From the NCBI GenBank assembly GCA_963795855.1, contig CAWCIZ010000002.1:288001-352000 (forward strand): DNA of 64,000 nt, written 5' to 3'. Position numbers and translations under genes: made by a program. The DNA comes from Vulcanimicrobiota bacterium (lineage in GTDB: Bacteria; Vulcanimicrobiota; Vulcanimicrobiia; Vulcanimicrobiales; Vulcanimicrobiaceae). The notes beneath the pieces are model-generated. The model was not told the DNA's origin and did no database searches. It saw nothing but the letters and a program-made list of their open reading frames with translations. Positions 62,927 to 64,000 of this stretch are shown here, piece after piece. Each line of letters opens with the position of its first letter. Position 1 is the stretch's first letter.

Positions 62927-64000
62927 CAGGCGACGCTCATCAGTTGTGCCATGGTTTCCTGGAAGCCGGCGGTTTCGTAAATTCCTTGCCGGAGAAAGTG
63001 ACGGATCGCTTCGATCTTCGAGAGCGCGAGATCGACGCGCGGATTACTGCCCGGGACGTAGGCGCCGATGTTGACCAGGTCTTCCGCATCGCGGTACGTC
63101 GCGAGGACGTCCCGCAAAGCCGAAGCCGCGGAATAGTGGTTCCGATCGACGACGTCGGGCATGACCCGGCTCACGCTCGAGAGCACGTCGATAGCCGGAT
63201 ATTGATTGGCAGCCGCGAGTTTGCGCGAGAGGACGACGTGGCCGTCGAGAATCGAGCGCACCGCGTCCGCGACCGGTTCGTTCATGTCGTCGCCGTCCAC
63301 GAGCACCGAGTACAGGCCGGTAATCGTTCCCGCGTGCGAAGTGCCGGCGCGCTCCAGCAATTTGGGTAGAAGCGCGAACACGGACGGCGTGTAGCCGCGA
63401 GTGGTCGTCGGCTCGCCGATTGCGAGGCCGACTTCGCGCTGCGCCATTGCGAACCGCGTAACGCTGTCCATCATGAACGTGACGTCCAGGCCTTGGTCGC
63501 GGAAATATTCCGCAATCGTGGTTGCAACGAACGCCGCTTTGATGCGAACGAGCGCGGGCTGATCGCTCGTAGAAACGACCACCACGCTGCGGCGCAGGCC
63601 TTCTTCACCCAAATCGCGCTCGATGAAATCGCGCACTTCTTTCCCACGCTCGCCGATGAGGGCGATGACGTTCACGTCCGCCGCGGTATTGCGCGCGATC
63701 ATTCCGAGAATCGTCGATTTGCCCACGCCGCTTCCGGCGAAGATTCCGACGCGCTGCCCTTTTCCGCACGTGAGCAGACCGTCGATGGCTCGAATGCCGA
63801 GCGAAAGCGGCTGCGTGATGCGCCGGCGCGAGAGCGCGTCCGGAGGCGCCGCGACGATTTTCGCGCGCTTTCCGCCGAAGACGCGGCCTTTGCCGTCAAT
63901 CGGATGACCGAGACCGTCGAGCACGCGTCCGAGCAGATCGTCCGTCACCGCGATTTCCAACGGTTTGCCGAGACTCAGGACGTCGCTGCCCGCGCCGATG
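62926..64000 (-). CDS. fliI: Flagellar ATPase FliI, 5'-partial
   Basis: GSGVGKST, LIGERGKEV, DSVTRFA, ILDGH.VLSR. Confidence 0.96.
   Translation of the reverse strand, partial: IGAGSDVLSLGKPLEIAVTDDLLGRVLDGLGHPIDGKGRVFGGKRAKIVAAPPDALSRRRITQPLSLGIRAIDGLLTCGKGQRVGIFAGSGVGKSTILGMIARNTAADVNVIALIGERGKEVRDFIERDLGEEGLRRSVVVVSTSDQPALVRIKAAFVATTIAEYFRDQGLDVTFMMDSVTRFAMAQREVGLAIGEPTTTRGYTPSVFALLPKLLERAGTSHAGTITGLYSVLVDGDDMNEPVADAVRSILDGHVVLSRKLAAANQYPAIDVLSSVSRVMPDVVDRNHYSAASALRDVLATYRDAEDLVNIGAYVPGSNPRVDLALSKIEAIRHFLRQGIYETAGFQETMAQLMSVA

Overview
High-GC bacterial chromosomal segment with no prophage, CRISPR array or transposase. A Firmicutes-style fla/che cluster, mutS2, gatCAB and a GAAC-N4-GTTC LexA box point to a Terrabacteria lineage, possibly Ca. 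Eremiobacterota (inference only). Many conserved genes carry single-base indels, most likely uncorrected long-read errors, so several genes are reconstructed across frames. Layout: 1-3.4 kb glycosyltransferase-glf-GH1-like cluster; 3.4-23 kb housekeeping mix (tandem Crp, ltaE, RNase HI, tRNA-Pro, HU, aroQ, hslO, tyrS, mutS2, gatCAB, rlmD, orphan ModA/WtpA); 23.5-30 kb LexA-boxed imuA-imuB-dnaE2 cassette interrupted by a T5orf172/GIY-YIG gene and an antisense DUF4142 gene; 30-37 kb PDZ/GAF membrane protein and a hydantoinase/oxoprolinase A-B operon with a split CHAD pair; 37.3-40.7 kb BlaI plus an M56 receptor with a pentapeptide-repeat ectodomain and a secreted paralogue of that ectodomain (best candidate for an undescribed system); 40.8-64 kb che/fla cluster containing trpEG, an antisense Vgb-like lipoprotein gene and a highly structured ~170-nt element between fliP and fliQ.
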